Assembly (NCBI GenBank): GCA_900768425.1
Contig: CAAGCR010000013.1
Coordinates: 1-43,128 of the forward strand
DNA: 43,128 bases
Direction of reading: 5' to 3'
Source: Clostridia bacterium
GTDB taxonomy: Bacteria > Bacillota > Clostridia > Christensenellales > UBA1242
Shown here: in pieces, positions 36,275-43,128 of the stretch
How positions within the stretch are numbered: position 1 is the stretch's first letter
Layout of the letters: every line of letters begins with the position of its first letter
Position numbers and translations under genes: made by a program
The notes under the pieces: model-generated
Database searches by the model: none
Told to the model about the DNA's origin: nothing
The model's input: the letters and a program-made list of their open reading frames with translations, nothing else

Positions 36275-36277
36275 CAA

Positions 36278-36856
36278 GTGTTATATTGGTTTATTAAAAT
36301 ATTATTGTTTATTCCTTTTAGTATAATGTTTCCTTGCAGAATCATTGGTAAAAAAAGAATACCAAAAGGAAGATGTATTATAATTTGTAATCATAGAAGC
36401 AATATTGACTATATTTATTTGTGGAATAAAATTTGGCGTAAACAATATGTCTTGGCCAAAAAAGAGTTGTTTAAAGGAAAATTAGTTAGTTGGTTCTTTA
36501 CTAAAATGGGCGGAATTCCTGTTGATAGAGAAAGTATAGACTTGTCAGTTATAAAAAATAGTCTTACTGCTTTAAAAAAGGATAAAATTTTGACAATTTT
36601 TCCCGAAGCCACACGCAATAAAACATCGCAAGATTTGTTAGAGTTTAAGGCCGGTGCAAGCGTATTTTCTATAAAGGCGAATGCACCTATTGTCCCTATT
36701 TATATTCAAAAGCGACCACATTTTTTAGGTTTTAACAGAATTGTTGTAGGTGAACCTATATTTTTTGATGATAGTTATAAGGGAACAGAAGGAACAGAAA
36801 GGGCAAACGAAGTTTTGCGTGAAAAAATGTTAGAATTGAAAGATAGAAAAAAATAA
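36278..36856 (+). CDS. plsC: 1-acyl-sn-glycerol-3-phosphate acyltransferase
   Basis: GTG start 9 nt after AGGAG. HX4D motif NHRSNID, plus FPEATR. Confidence 0.85.
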   Translation: MLYWFIKILLFIPFSIMFPCRIIGKKRIPKGRCIIICNHRSNIDYIYLWNKIWRKQYVLAKKELFKGKLVSWFFTKMGGIPVDRESIDLSVIKNSLTALKKDKILTIFPEATRNKTSQDLLEFKAGASVFSIKANAPIVPIYIQKRPHFLGFNRIVVGEPIFFDDSYKGTEGTERANEVLREKMLELKDRKK

Positions 36857-36867
36857 ACGGAGATATT

Positions 36868-37911
36868 ATGGAAGAGAATGTAAAATTTGACTTAAATGCA
36901 ATAGAGCAAACACTAGCGAACTATAAAAAAGACAATATTTACGATGGTGTAGTCGTTGCATTAAGAGAAGATGGTGTTGTTTTTAACATTGGTGGAAAGT
37001 CAGATGCTTTTATAAATAAAGATGACTTTAAAAATTTTGATAATGTAAAAATAGGTGATAGATTTAAAGTTTTGGTTTTAGGCACAAAAACAGAAGATGG
37101 TATGATTGAAGTGTCTAAATCGGAAGCAGAAGAAATTATAACCGGTTCATTAAAAGCTGAAAGTTTAAAGGTTGGTTCAACTTTCACCTTTGTTGTAAAT
37201 AGTTTTAACGATGATGGTTTGCATAGTCGTCTTGGTGCATATAAAGTGTTTATTCCAAAGGACCAAGTTGATATTAAAGTACATCATTTAGGATATTATA
37301 AATCTAAACAGTTAGAAGCAATAGTTTTAGAGATTAATTCAGATAAAAAAGAAATCATTGCATCTGTAAAAATGTTAAAAGAACAAATCAAAGAAAATGC
37401 TGAAAATCTATTTTGGAGTGCCGCTTTTGTTGGTAAAAAAGTTACTGGTAAAATTGTAAAGATTATGCCATATGGTGCTTTTGTTGACATAAACGGTGTA
37501 GATGCTTTCTTGCATATAAGTGATATTAGTTATAGAAGAATATCCAAACCAGAAGAAGTTATAGAACTTGGCAAAGAATATGAATTTAGAATTACTAAAT
37601 TAGATAAAGAGAATAAAAAAGTATCAGTTGGTTTAAAACAAAATAACGAAGACCCAAGAATTACAGCAATAAAAAATCTTAAATTTAGTGAAATTTATGA
37701 TGGTGAAGTAATTAAAATTCTTCCTTTTGGAGCAATAATTAGATTAGATAATGGTGCAGAAGGCTTACTTCATGTATCTGATGCAACACAAAAGAATGAT
37801 AAAAGAATCTATGAAATAGTAAAACTTGGCGACAAGGTAAAAGTTGGTGTAAAATCAATTTCAGAAGATAATACAAAAGTTAATTTCTGTATGTATAATA
37901 TGCAAGCATAA
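36868..37911 (+). CDS. rpsA: S1 RNA-binding domain protein (ribosomal protein S1 homologue, about four S1 repeats)
   Basis: Repeated S1 signatures, for example GKIVKIMPYGAFVDI and GEVIKILPFGAIIRL. cmk-plsC-S1 order. Confidence 0.8.
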   Translation: MEENVKFDLNAIEQTLANYKKDNIYDGVVVALREDGVVFNIGGKSDAFINKDDFKNFDNVKIGDRFKVLVLGTKTEDGMIEVSKSEAEEIITGSLKAESLKVGSTFTFVVNSFNDDGLHSRLGAYKVFIPKDQVDIKVHHLGYYKSKQLEAIVLEINSDKKEIIASVKMLKEQIKENAENLFWSAAFVGKKVTGKIVKIMPYGAFVDINGVDAFLHISDISYRRISKPEEVIELGKEYEFRITKLDKENKKVSVGLKQNNEDPRITAIKNLKFSEIYDGEVIKILPFGAIIRLDNGAEGLLHVSDATQKNDKRIYEIVKLGDKVKVGVKSISEDNTKVNFCMYNMQA

Positions 37912-37924
37912 ATAAAAACTGTAA

Positions 37925-37948
37925 GGTGTCTTTTTCGGACACCATTTT
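37925..37948 (+). terminator. Hairpin after rpsA (weak terminator or processing stem before the tRNA)
   Basis: GGTGTC (37925-30) pairs with GACACC (37938-43), then ATTTT. The tRNA starts at the next base. Confidence 0.4.
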
Positions 37949-38024
37949 GCTACTGTGGCTCAGTTGGTAGAGCAGCGCATTCGTAATGCGCGGGTCGGCG
38001 GTTCAAGCCCGCCCAGTAGCTCCA
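37949..38024 (+). tRNA. tRNA-Thr (anticodon CGT), CCA encoded
   Basis: Manual cloverleaf. Acceptor GCTACTG pairs with CAGTAGC. D arm GCTC-AGTTGGTA-GAGC. Anticodon arm GCGCA-TTCGTAA-TGCGC. T arm GGCGG-TTCAAGC-CCGCC. Confidence 0.95.
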
Positions 38025-38033
38025 AATATTAAT

Positions 38034-38057
38034 AAAGCCCGTTGTGGCTTTTTTTAT
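38034..38057 (+). terminator. Terminator after tRNA-Thr
   Basis: AAAGCC (38034-39) pairs with GGCTTT (38046-51), followed by a T-run. Confidence 0.7.
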
Positions 38058-38182
38058 ACTTTTTTGTCAGAAAATAAAAATATGGCAAATACTATTTTTG
38101 ATATTTCAAAATCCAAATATGACAAAATATGGCATATTTGAATATGTTGCAAAAATAAACTTTAAAATGTATACTTAAAATT

Positions 38183-38665
38183 ATGGAAATATATGAATTA
38201 GATAACCAATATGATGAAAATGTAAAAGATTTACTAGTAGACTTACAAAAATATGTAATATCTATTGATAAGTATAATTTAAACATTATATCCAGCGATT
38301 ATAGAGATAAATATTTTCAATATATGCTTAATGATTGCACACAAGGTGAAGGAAAGGTATTTGTCGCCATAGAAAATGACTTATGTCTTGGTATGATTGC
38401 AGGGTATGTTCAAAAGTATGGTAATAGAGATAAACTAGACTATCTCTGTCCTAAAAAAGGAATCGTAAGCGAACTTATAGTTAGCGCTAATGCTAGAAAC
38501 AAGGGCGTTGGCAATAAACTTTTAAGTAAAATGGAAAATTATTTTAAGTCTATTAATTGCGAATATATACAGTTGGATGTATTTGCGTACAACTCAAATG
38601 CCATTAGTTTTTATAACAAGAACGGCTATGAAAACAGAATGATAACTATGTTTAAAAAGGTATAA
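38183..38665 (+). CDS. GNAT family N-acetyltransferase
   Basis: Acetyl-CoA motif A (ELIVSANARNKGVGNKLL) and C-terminal FYNKNGY. Confidence 0.85.
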   Translation: MEIYELDNQYDENVKDLLVDLQKYVISIDKYNLNIISSDYRDKYFQYMLNDCTQGEGKVFVAIENDLCLGMIAGYVQKYGNRDKLDYLCPKKGIVSELIVSANARNKGVGNKLLSKMENYFKSINCEYIQLDVFAYNSNAISFYNKNGYENRMITMFKKV

Positions 38666-38755
38666 TAATATTTTATATAGAATGTTTTTATTTAAAAAGC
38701 AATCAACTATTTTTTATAGTGAGTTTATTAAATACTGAATATTTGTCAACAAAAC

Positions 38756-38783
38756 TTGACTTTTGTAAATTTATTGTTATACT
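38756..38783 (+). promoter_or_regulatory. SigmaA-type promoter upstream of the antiporter gene
   Basis: TTGACT (38756-61), 16-nt spacer, then TGtTATACT (38775-83). The -35 lies in the palindrome GTCAA-N6-TTGAC (38745-60). Confidence 0.5.
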
Positions 38784-38826
38784 TAACATACATTAATTAA
38801 ATGTGAATATATAAAAGGAGGGTTTA

Positions 38827-40284
38827 ATGACTTGGTTTGTTGATAAATTAAGCAATACATCTACTATAACACAAGTAATTGTTTCGGTATCGTTAATTAT
38901 GTCTGTTGGCTTTTTAATGACAAGATTGACAAAACTGGCAAAACTTCCAAATGTTACTGGTTATATTTTAGCGGGAATATTGATTGGACCATATTGTTTG
39001 AATTTGATACCGCAAAATATAATAAGTGGTATGGGCTTTATTTCCGATATTGCTTTGGCTTTTATTGCATTTAGTGTTGGAGAGTTTTTTAAGTTTGATA
39101 GTTTAAAGAAAAGTGGTCTTAAAATAATTGTATTAACAATTTTTGAAGCATTGATGGCTTCAATAGTAGTATTTATTGTTATGTACTTTGTTTTAGGTTT
39201 AAGTTTACCTTTTTCTATTGTACTTGCAGCCTTGGCTTCGGCAACAGCACCGGCATCAACAATTATGACAATTAGGCAAACAAAAGCAAAGGGAGATTTT
39301 GTTGACACACTTTTGCAAGTTGTTGCCTTAGATGATGTTGTAAGTTTAATTGCATATAGTGTTGCAATTTCCGTTGCTTTGGCTTCAGTAAGTGGTGCAG
39401 GTGGGTTTAGTTTTAATGTTGTTGTTTTACCTATACTAAAAAATCTTTTAATGTTAGTAATAGGTGCTGCAATGGGATACTTATTAAAACTATTAATGCA
39501 AGTAAAACATGGTTCTGATAACAGATTAATTATAGTTATAAGTGTTCTACTATTATTCTGTGGTATAAGTTCTTTATTTGATGTGTCACCACTTTTAGGA
39601 TGTATGATAATTGGCACAGTTTACATAAATCTAACTAAAGATGAAAAATTATTCTTGCAAGTAAACTATTTTAGCCCACCAATTTTGCTTATGTTTTTTG
39701 TAGTGTCCGGTTTAAGTTTTAACCTATCTGCGTTATTTTCCGGTGAGAGTATAATAGGTTCAATTCCACTTTGGGCAATAGGTGTTATATATTTCTTCGT
39801 CAGAATAATAGGCAAATATCTTGGTGCATACTTAGGTTGTTTAACTATAAAGAAACCCAGAGAAGTGCGTAATTATTTAGGATTAGCACTTATACCACAA
39901 GCTGGTGTTGCAATCGGTTTGGCTGCGCTTGGTGCTAGAACATTAGGCGGTGATGTAGGAAGTGCTTTACAGACTATTATCTTGGCATCTAGTGTGTTAT
40001 ATGAACTTGTTGGCCCTGTTTGTGCTAAACTATCTTTGTATTTGTCAAAGTCATATTCAACAAAAATTGAAGATGTTGTGCCTGTGGAAGAAGTGACTCC
40101 ACAAGGTCAAAAGAAATCTCAAGTAGATTTATTGATAGAACGCATACATGAGATAGAGCGACAAAATGCAACAGAGCCGACTGTATCTCAAGAAGAACAA
40201 GCCTTTACTGAGGCTAGTGAAGAAGCCTTAGAGGCATTATATAACGATATACGCAAACAGCGTAATCGCAGAGGAAGATTTTAA
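38827..40284 (+). CDS. Cation:proton antiporter (Na+/H+ exchanger family, CPA2-like) with a charged C-terminal tail
   Basis: AAGGAGG RBS. Contains KLPNVTGYILAGILIGP. About 12 TM segments by eye. Confidence 0.8.
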   Translation: MTWFVDKLSNTSTITQVIVSVSLIMSVGFLMTRLTKLAKLPNVTGYILAGILIGPYCLNLIPQNIISGMGFISDIALAFIAFSVGEFFKFDSLKKSGLKIIVLTIFEALMASIVVFIVMYFVLGLSLPFSIVLAALASATAPASTIMTIRQTKAKGDFVDTLLQVVALDDVVSLIAYSVAISVALASVSGAGGFSFNVVVLPILKNLLMLVIGAAMGYLLKLLMQVKHGSDNRLIIVISVLLLFCGISSLFDVSPLLGCMIIGTVYINLTKDEKLFLQVNYFSPPILLMFFVVSGLSFNLSALFSGESIIGSIPLWAIGVIYFFVRIIGKYLGAYLGCLTIKKPREVRNYLGLALIPQAGVAIGLAALGARTLGGDVGSALQTIILASSVLYELVGPVCAKLSLYLSKSYSTKIEDVVPVEEVTPQGQKKSQVDLLIERIHEIERQNATEPTVSQEEQAFTEASEEALEALYNDIRKQRNRRGRF

Positions 40285-40301
40285 TAAAGGAGTAATAAAA
40301 A

Positions 40302-41018
40302 ATGATAGATCCAATAGCAAAATTATTAGGTAGTTGGTCTGCATCAATTACAATAGGAGCAATATGTTTAAGGTTAGGATTAACCTTGGTTTTCTCAGCA
40401 ATACTAGGCTGTGAAAGAGCGAGCAAAAGACACTCTGCTGGTCTTAGAACATTTATGGTGGTGGCACTTGCATCAACTCTTGCAGGAATGATTGATATGT
40501 TTTTGATTGAATCATATGCTTTAACTGTATCTCTAATTTCAGTCGGTGTGGTTATAGCCGTTGCTTCGCTTAGTAACAATTCAGTTTTATTTTCATCAAA
40601 AAATCAAATTAAAGGTCTAACAACATCTGTTAGTTTATGGGCTTGTGGAATAATTGGCTTATGCTTTGGCGTAGGTTTTTACACAATCGGTTTAATTGGT
40701 TTTATTGTTCTTCTTTGCAGTTTGTCATTGTTCCCAAGAATTGAACTATATTTGAAAAATCGTTCTAACCATTTTGAAATTCACTTGGAATTAGATAATA
40801 AAAATAATTTACCAAGATTTATGAATACAATAAGAGAATTAGGACTTAGAATTGATGATATAGAATTAAATTCCGCATATCTTAATTCAGGATTAAGTGT
40901 GTATACAGTATCGTTGACAGTTGTTAGTCCGGAATTAAAGAAATACAAAACACACACAGAAATTATTGCAGCAATTAATTCTTTGGAATATGTTAGTCAT
41001 ATAGAAGAAATGAGATAA
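40302..41018 (+). CDS. mgtC: MgtC/SapB family membrane protein
   Basis: Contains GCERASKRHSAGLRTFMVVALAS. N-terminal TM domain plus a soluble C-terminal domain. Confidence 0.85.
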   Translation: MIDPIAKLLGSWSASITIGAICLRLGLTLVFSAILGCERASKRHSAGLRTFMVVALASTLAGMIDMFLIESYALTVSLISVGVVIAVASLSNNSVLFSSKNQIKGLTTSVSLWACGIIGLCFGVGFYTIGLIGFIVLLCSLSLFPRIELYLKNRSNHFEIHLELDNKNNLPRFMNTIRELGLRIDDIELNSAYLNSGLSVYTVSLTVVSPELKKYKTHTEIIAAINSLEYVSHIEEMR

Positions 41019-41026
41019 AAAAAAGA

Positions 41027-41061
41027 GCAGTGTAAATCAAACATTTACATTGCTTTTTTTT
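41027..41061. terminator. Bidirectional terminator between convergent mgtC and sigF
   Basis: GCAGTGTAAAT (41027-37) pairs with ATTTACATTGC (41043-53), including one G-T. It is flanked by an A-run upstream and a T-run downstream. Confidence 0.8.
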
Positions 41062-41065
41062 AGTA

Positions 41066-41794
41066 TTATTCGTTAGATATTAAGGATTGTCGCATCTTTG
41101 AGATTATTTTGTTTTCTAATCTGCTTACTTGCACTTGTGATACGCCTAAAATTTTAGCAATTTCACTTTGTGTTTTATCTCTAAAAAATCTTAAAACAAT
41201 TATTTGTTTATCTCTTTCGTTTAAACTTTTTAAAACATCTTTTAATACAAGGTTATCGACCATATCATCGCTGTTGTCGGTTGTATATTTGTCCAACAAG
41301 AAGTTGCTTTTAGTGTCATCATCTTCTGCTGGAGTATATATTGATACAGGCATTTTTGCCGAGTCCATAGTAAAGATGACTTCTGATACATCCATATTAA
41401 ATTCTTTGGCTATTTCTTCATAAGATGGATGTTTATATTCTCTTTTAACATAATCATCAATATACTTGCTTATTTTCATATTTTGAGTTTTAATTGCTCT
41501 AGAAACCTTTATTGCACCATCATCACGCATAAATCGCTTGATTTCGCCGATAACCATTGGTACTACATAAGTAGAAAACTTTGTATCAAAACTTTCATCG
41601 TAGTTATAGATTGCTTTTATAAAACCTAATGAACCTAGTTGAAAAAGGTCATCATATTCAATTCCTTTGTTTAAATATCTCTTAATTAAACTTTTAATAA
41701 GAGGAGAGTTTGCTTTTACTAATTCTTCTTTTGCTTGATTATCACCATCTTTTGCACGTCTAATTAATAAAGTCGTTTCCTCTTTTGAAAGCAT
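41066..41794 (-). CDS. sigF: Sporulation sigma factor SigF
   Basis: Sigma-70 regions 2 to 4 (DLFQLGSLGFIKAIYNYD..., SQSEIAKILGVSQVQVSRLE). Third gene of the spoIIAA-spoIIAB-sigF operon. Confidence 0.9.
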   Translation of the reverse strand: MLSKEETTLLIRRAKDGDNQAKEELVKANSPLIKSLIKRYLNKGIEYDDLFQLGSLGFIKAIYNYDESFDTKFSTYVVPMVIGEIKRFMRDDGAIKVSRAIKTQNMKISKYIDDYVKREYKHPSYEEIAKEFNMDVSEVIFTMDSAKMPVSIYTPAEDDDTKSNFLLDKYTTDNSDDMVDNLVLKDVLKSLNERDKQIIVLRFFRDKTQSEIAKILGVSQVQVSRLENKIISKMRQSLISNE

Positions 41795-42246
41795 TACATA
41801 CCCGCTACACTTTGAGATGTGTTGTCCTTAAATATTTTTTCCATTTTAACAATAAGTCCAGATTTTCCGTTTTTTAATAAGGTCACAGAATCCATAAAAC
41901 TCTCCATTACTGTAAAACCCATACCGGAACGTTCATCGCTTGGTTTTGTGGTATAAAAAGGCTCTCTTGCTTTATCATAATCTTCTATACCAATGCCATT
42001 ATCCATAATCTCAATAATAACTCCACTTGCATAAAGTTTTACCTTTATTGTTATATCACCATCTTTTAAAGGGTAGGCATGAACAACAGCATTTGTTACG
42101 GCCTCACTTACAGCTGTTTTAATGTCTGTTATTTCATCTACTGATGGGTTTACTTGTGAACAAAAAGCAGCGATAGCAGAGCGGGAAAAGCCCTCATTAA
42201 TAGATAATGCTTTAAATTTTAATTCCATTTCATTTATTGTTTTCAT
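41794..42246 (-). CDS. spoIIAB: Anti-sigma F factor SpoIIAB (serine kinase)
   Basis: HATPase N-box EAVTNAVVHAY, G1 DNGIGI, and GMGFTVM. Confidence 0.9.
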   Translation of the reverse strand: MKTINEMELKFKALSINEGFSRSAIAAFCSQVNPSVDEITDIKTAVSEAVTNAVVHAYPLKDGDITIKVKLYASGVIIEIMDNGIGIEDYDKAREPFYTTKPSDERSGMGFTVMESFMDSVTLLKNGKSGLIVKMEKIFKDNTSQSVAGM

Positions 42247-42267
42247 TATTTTTTCTCCTTTATGTTT

Positions 42268-42576
42268 TTATGAAATTTTAGGCATAATGTCATATAGTCC
42301 AGTCATTTTAAAAATACGTTCAGCATGGCTTGATGGGTTGCATATAAAAATTGGTATATTTTTGTCTTTTAGTTTTTTATATCTGCCAACCAAAACACCT
42401 ATGCCGGTGCTATCCATAAAGTCAAGTTCGGATAGGTCTATTATTACTTGATTAAAGTTTGGCTTAGAGAATATATCATCAAGGTTTATTCGTGTTTGAT
42501 AGGCACTATGTTCATCAAGTTCGCCACTAAGTATTACATATAATGTATTTTCATAAATTCTGTTTTTAATTTGCAT
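42268..42576 (-). CDS. spoIIAA: Anti-sigma F factor antagonist SpoIIAA (STAS domain)
   Basis: STAS fold with a phosphorylatable Ser in FMDSTGIGVLVG. GGAGG RBS on the - strand (42581-85). Confidence 0.9.
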   Translation of the reverse strand: MQIKNRIYENTLYVILSGELDEHSAYQTRINLDDIFSKPNFNQVIIDLSELDFMDSTGIGVLVGRYKKLKDKNIPIFICNPSSHAERIFKMTGLYDIMPKIS

Positions 42577-42822
42577 ACTTCCTCCTAAATTACATAAATG
42601 AGTTTAACACAATGAAAATATACAATTTTGACTAAGAAAAGGGTAAATAGGAATATTTTGTCGGAAAACAAAACTTAAGCATTTATTAAAATTCAATGTA
42701 CAAAATTTTAAAAATAAGTAGGAAAGTGAAGTTATAAAATCAATTAAGGACATACTTTCATGTATTAAATTTGTCGTAATAAAAAAATAATTTAAAAAAG
42801 TTAAAAAATTTTGAAAAATGTG

Positions 42823-42851
42823 TTGACAATATTTTAAATTTATAATATTAT
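42823..42851 (+). promoter_or_regulatory. SigmaA promoter for the tRNA-Pro/tRNA-CAT pair
   Basis: TTGACA (42823-28), 17-nt spacer, TATTAT (42846-51). Confidence 0.6.
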
Positions 42852-42870
42852 ATCAAAGTCAATTGTTTGA

Positions 42871-42946
42871 CGGGGTGTAGCGCAGTTGGTAGCGCACGTG
42901 GTTTGGGACCATGGGGCCGGGAGTTCGAGTCTCTTCACCCCGACCA
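42871..42946 (+). tRNA. tRNA-Pro (anticodon TGG), CCA encoded
   Basis: Manual cloverleaf. Acceptor CGGGGTG pairs with CACCCCG. Anticodon arm CGTGG-TTTGGGA-CCATG. T loop TTCGAGT. The T stem has two G-T pairs. Confidence 0.9.
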
Positions 42947-42955
42947 ATATTTTTT

Positions 42956-43032
42956 GGGTCTTTAGCTCAGTTGGTTAGAGCTACCGGCTCATAACCGGTT
43001 GGTCCGGGGTTCGAGTCCCTGAAGGTCCACCA
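42956..43032 (+). tRNA. tRNA with CAT anticodon, most likely tRNA-Ile2 (lysidine-modified) rather than Met
   Basis: Manual cloverleaf. Acceptor GGGTCTT pairs with AAGGTCC (two G-T pairs). Anticodon arm ACCGG-CTCATAA-CCGGT. The overall sequence (TTAGCTCAGTTGGTTAGAGC...GGCTCATAACC...GGTCCACCA) resembles Bacillus tRNA-Ile(CAU) as I recall it. Confidence 0.85.
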
Positions 43033-43057
43033 TATCGGATAGTTAATTGCTATCAGC

Positions 43058-43094
43058 AAAAAACCCTTGAATTTCAAGGGTTTTTTGTTTTTTC
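43058..43094 (+). terminator. Intrinsic terminator after the tRNA pair
   Basis: AAAAA, then CCCTTGA (43064-70) pairs with TCAAGGG (43074-80), then TTTTTTGTTTTTT. Confidence 0.85.
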
Positions 43095-43117
43095 GTATAC
43101 GTTAATATTCATGCGAG

Positions 43118-43128
43118 AGATCGGAAGA
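43118..43128. other. Illumina adapter remnant at the contig end (AGATCGGAAGA)
   Basis: The last 11 nt exactly match the start of the TruSeq/Nextera read-through adapter AGATCGGAAGAGC. Confidence 0.7.

Noticed and set aside
38961-39617. 218-aa ORF on the - strand inside the cation:proton antiporter gene, and the similar 121-aa ORF at 40214..40579 across the antiporter/mgtC junction.
   Set aside because: They are antisense shadows of strongly supported membrane-protein genes, with no RBS and no recognisable motifs.

Overview
This 43.1-kb window reads as one end of a contig from a low-G+C, endospore-forming Firmicute, probably Clostridia-like. It is almost entirely core housekeeping and sporulation genes. 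Nearly all lie on the + strand in blocks that mirror Bacillus subtilis synteny. Block 1 is rseP, a polC-like gene, then rimP-nusA-ylxR-ylxQ-infB-rbfA-nrnA-truB. Block 2 is efp, spoIIIAA-AH, asp23-nusB-xseA-xseB, then argR-recN-spoIVB. Block 3 is punA and dacF. Block 4 is scpA-scpB-ytfI-ytfJ-dacB-rluB. Block 5 is cmk-plsC-rpsA. The spoIIAA-spoIIAB-sigF operon is on the - strand. There are three tRNAs: Thr-CGT, Pro-TGG and a CAT tRNA that looks like Ile2. I found no CRISPR array, IS element, integrase, phage gene or recognisable defence system. The most interesting feature is a ~570-nt, G+C-enriched, ORF-free, highly structured RNA at 20491..21061. It has its own consensus promoter and is followed directly by a 4-TM membrane protein, all between xseAB-proS and argR-recN. 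That is the published context of OLE RNA and its partner OapA, so I call it a candidate OLE-class RNP locus, pending a covariance-model search. Three other items have no obvious explanation. One is a pair of 87-bp direct repeats upstream of punA, each folding into a 73-nt cloverleaf-like four-way junction. One is a PolC-like N-terminal/OB/exonuclease protein with no polymerase domains, sitting at the polC position. The last is three degenerate ~65-bp tandem repeats just downstream of that protein. The final 11 nt of the window match the Illumina adapter prefix AGATCGGAAGA, which is an assembly artefact. All protein calls rest on motifs I recognise in the supplied translations plus gene order. 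No database search was run.
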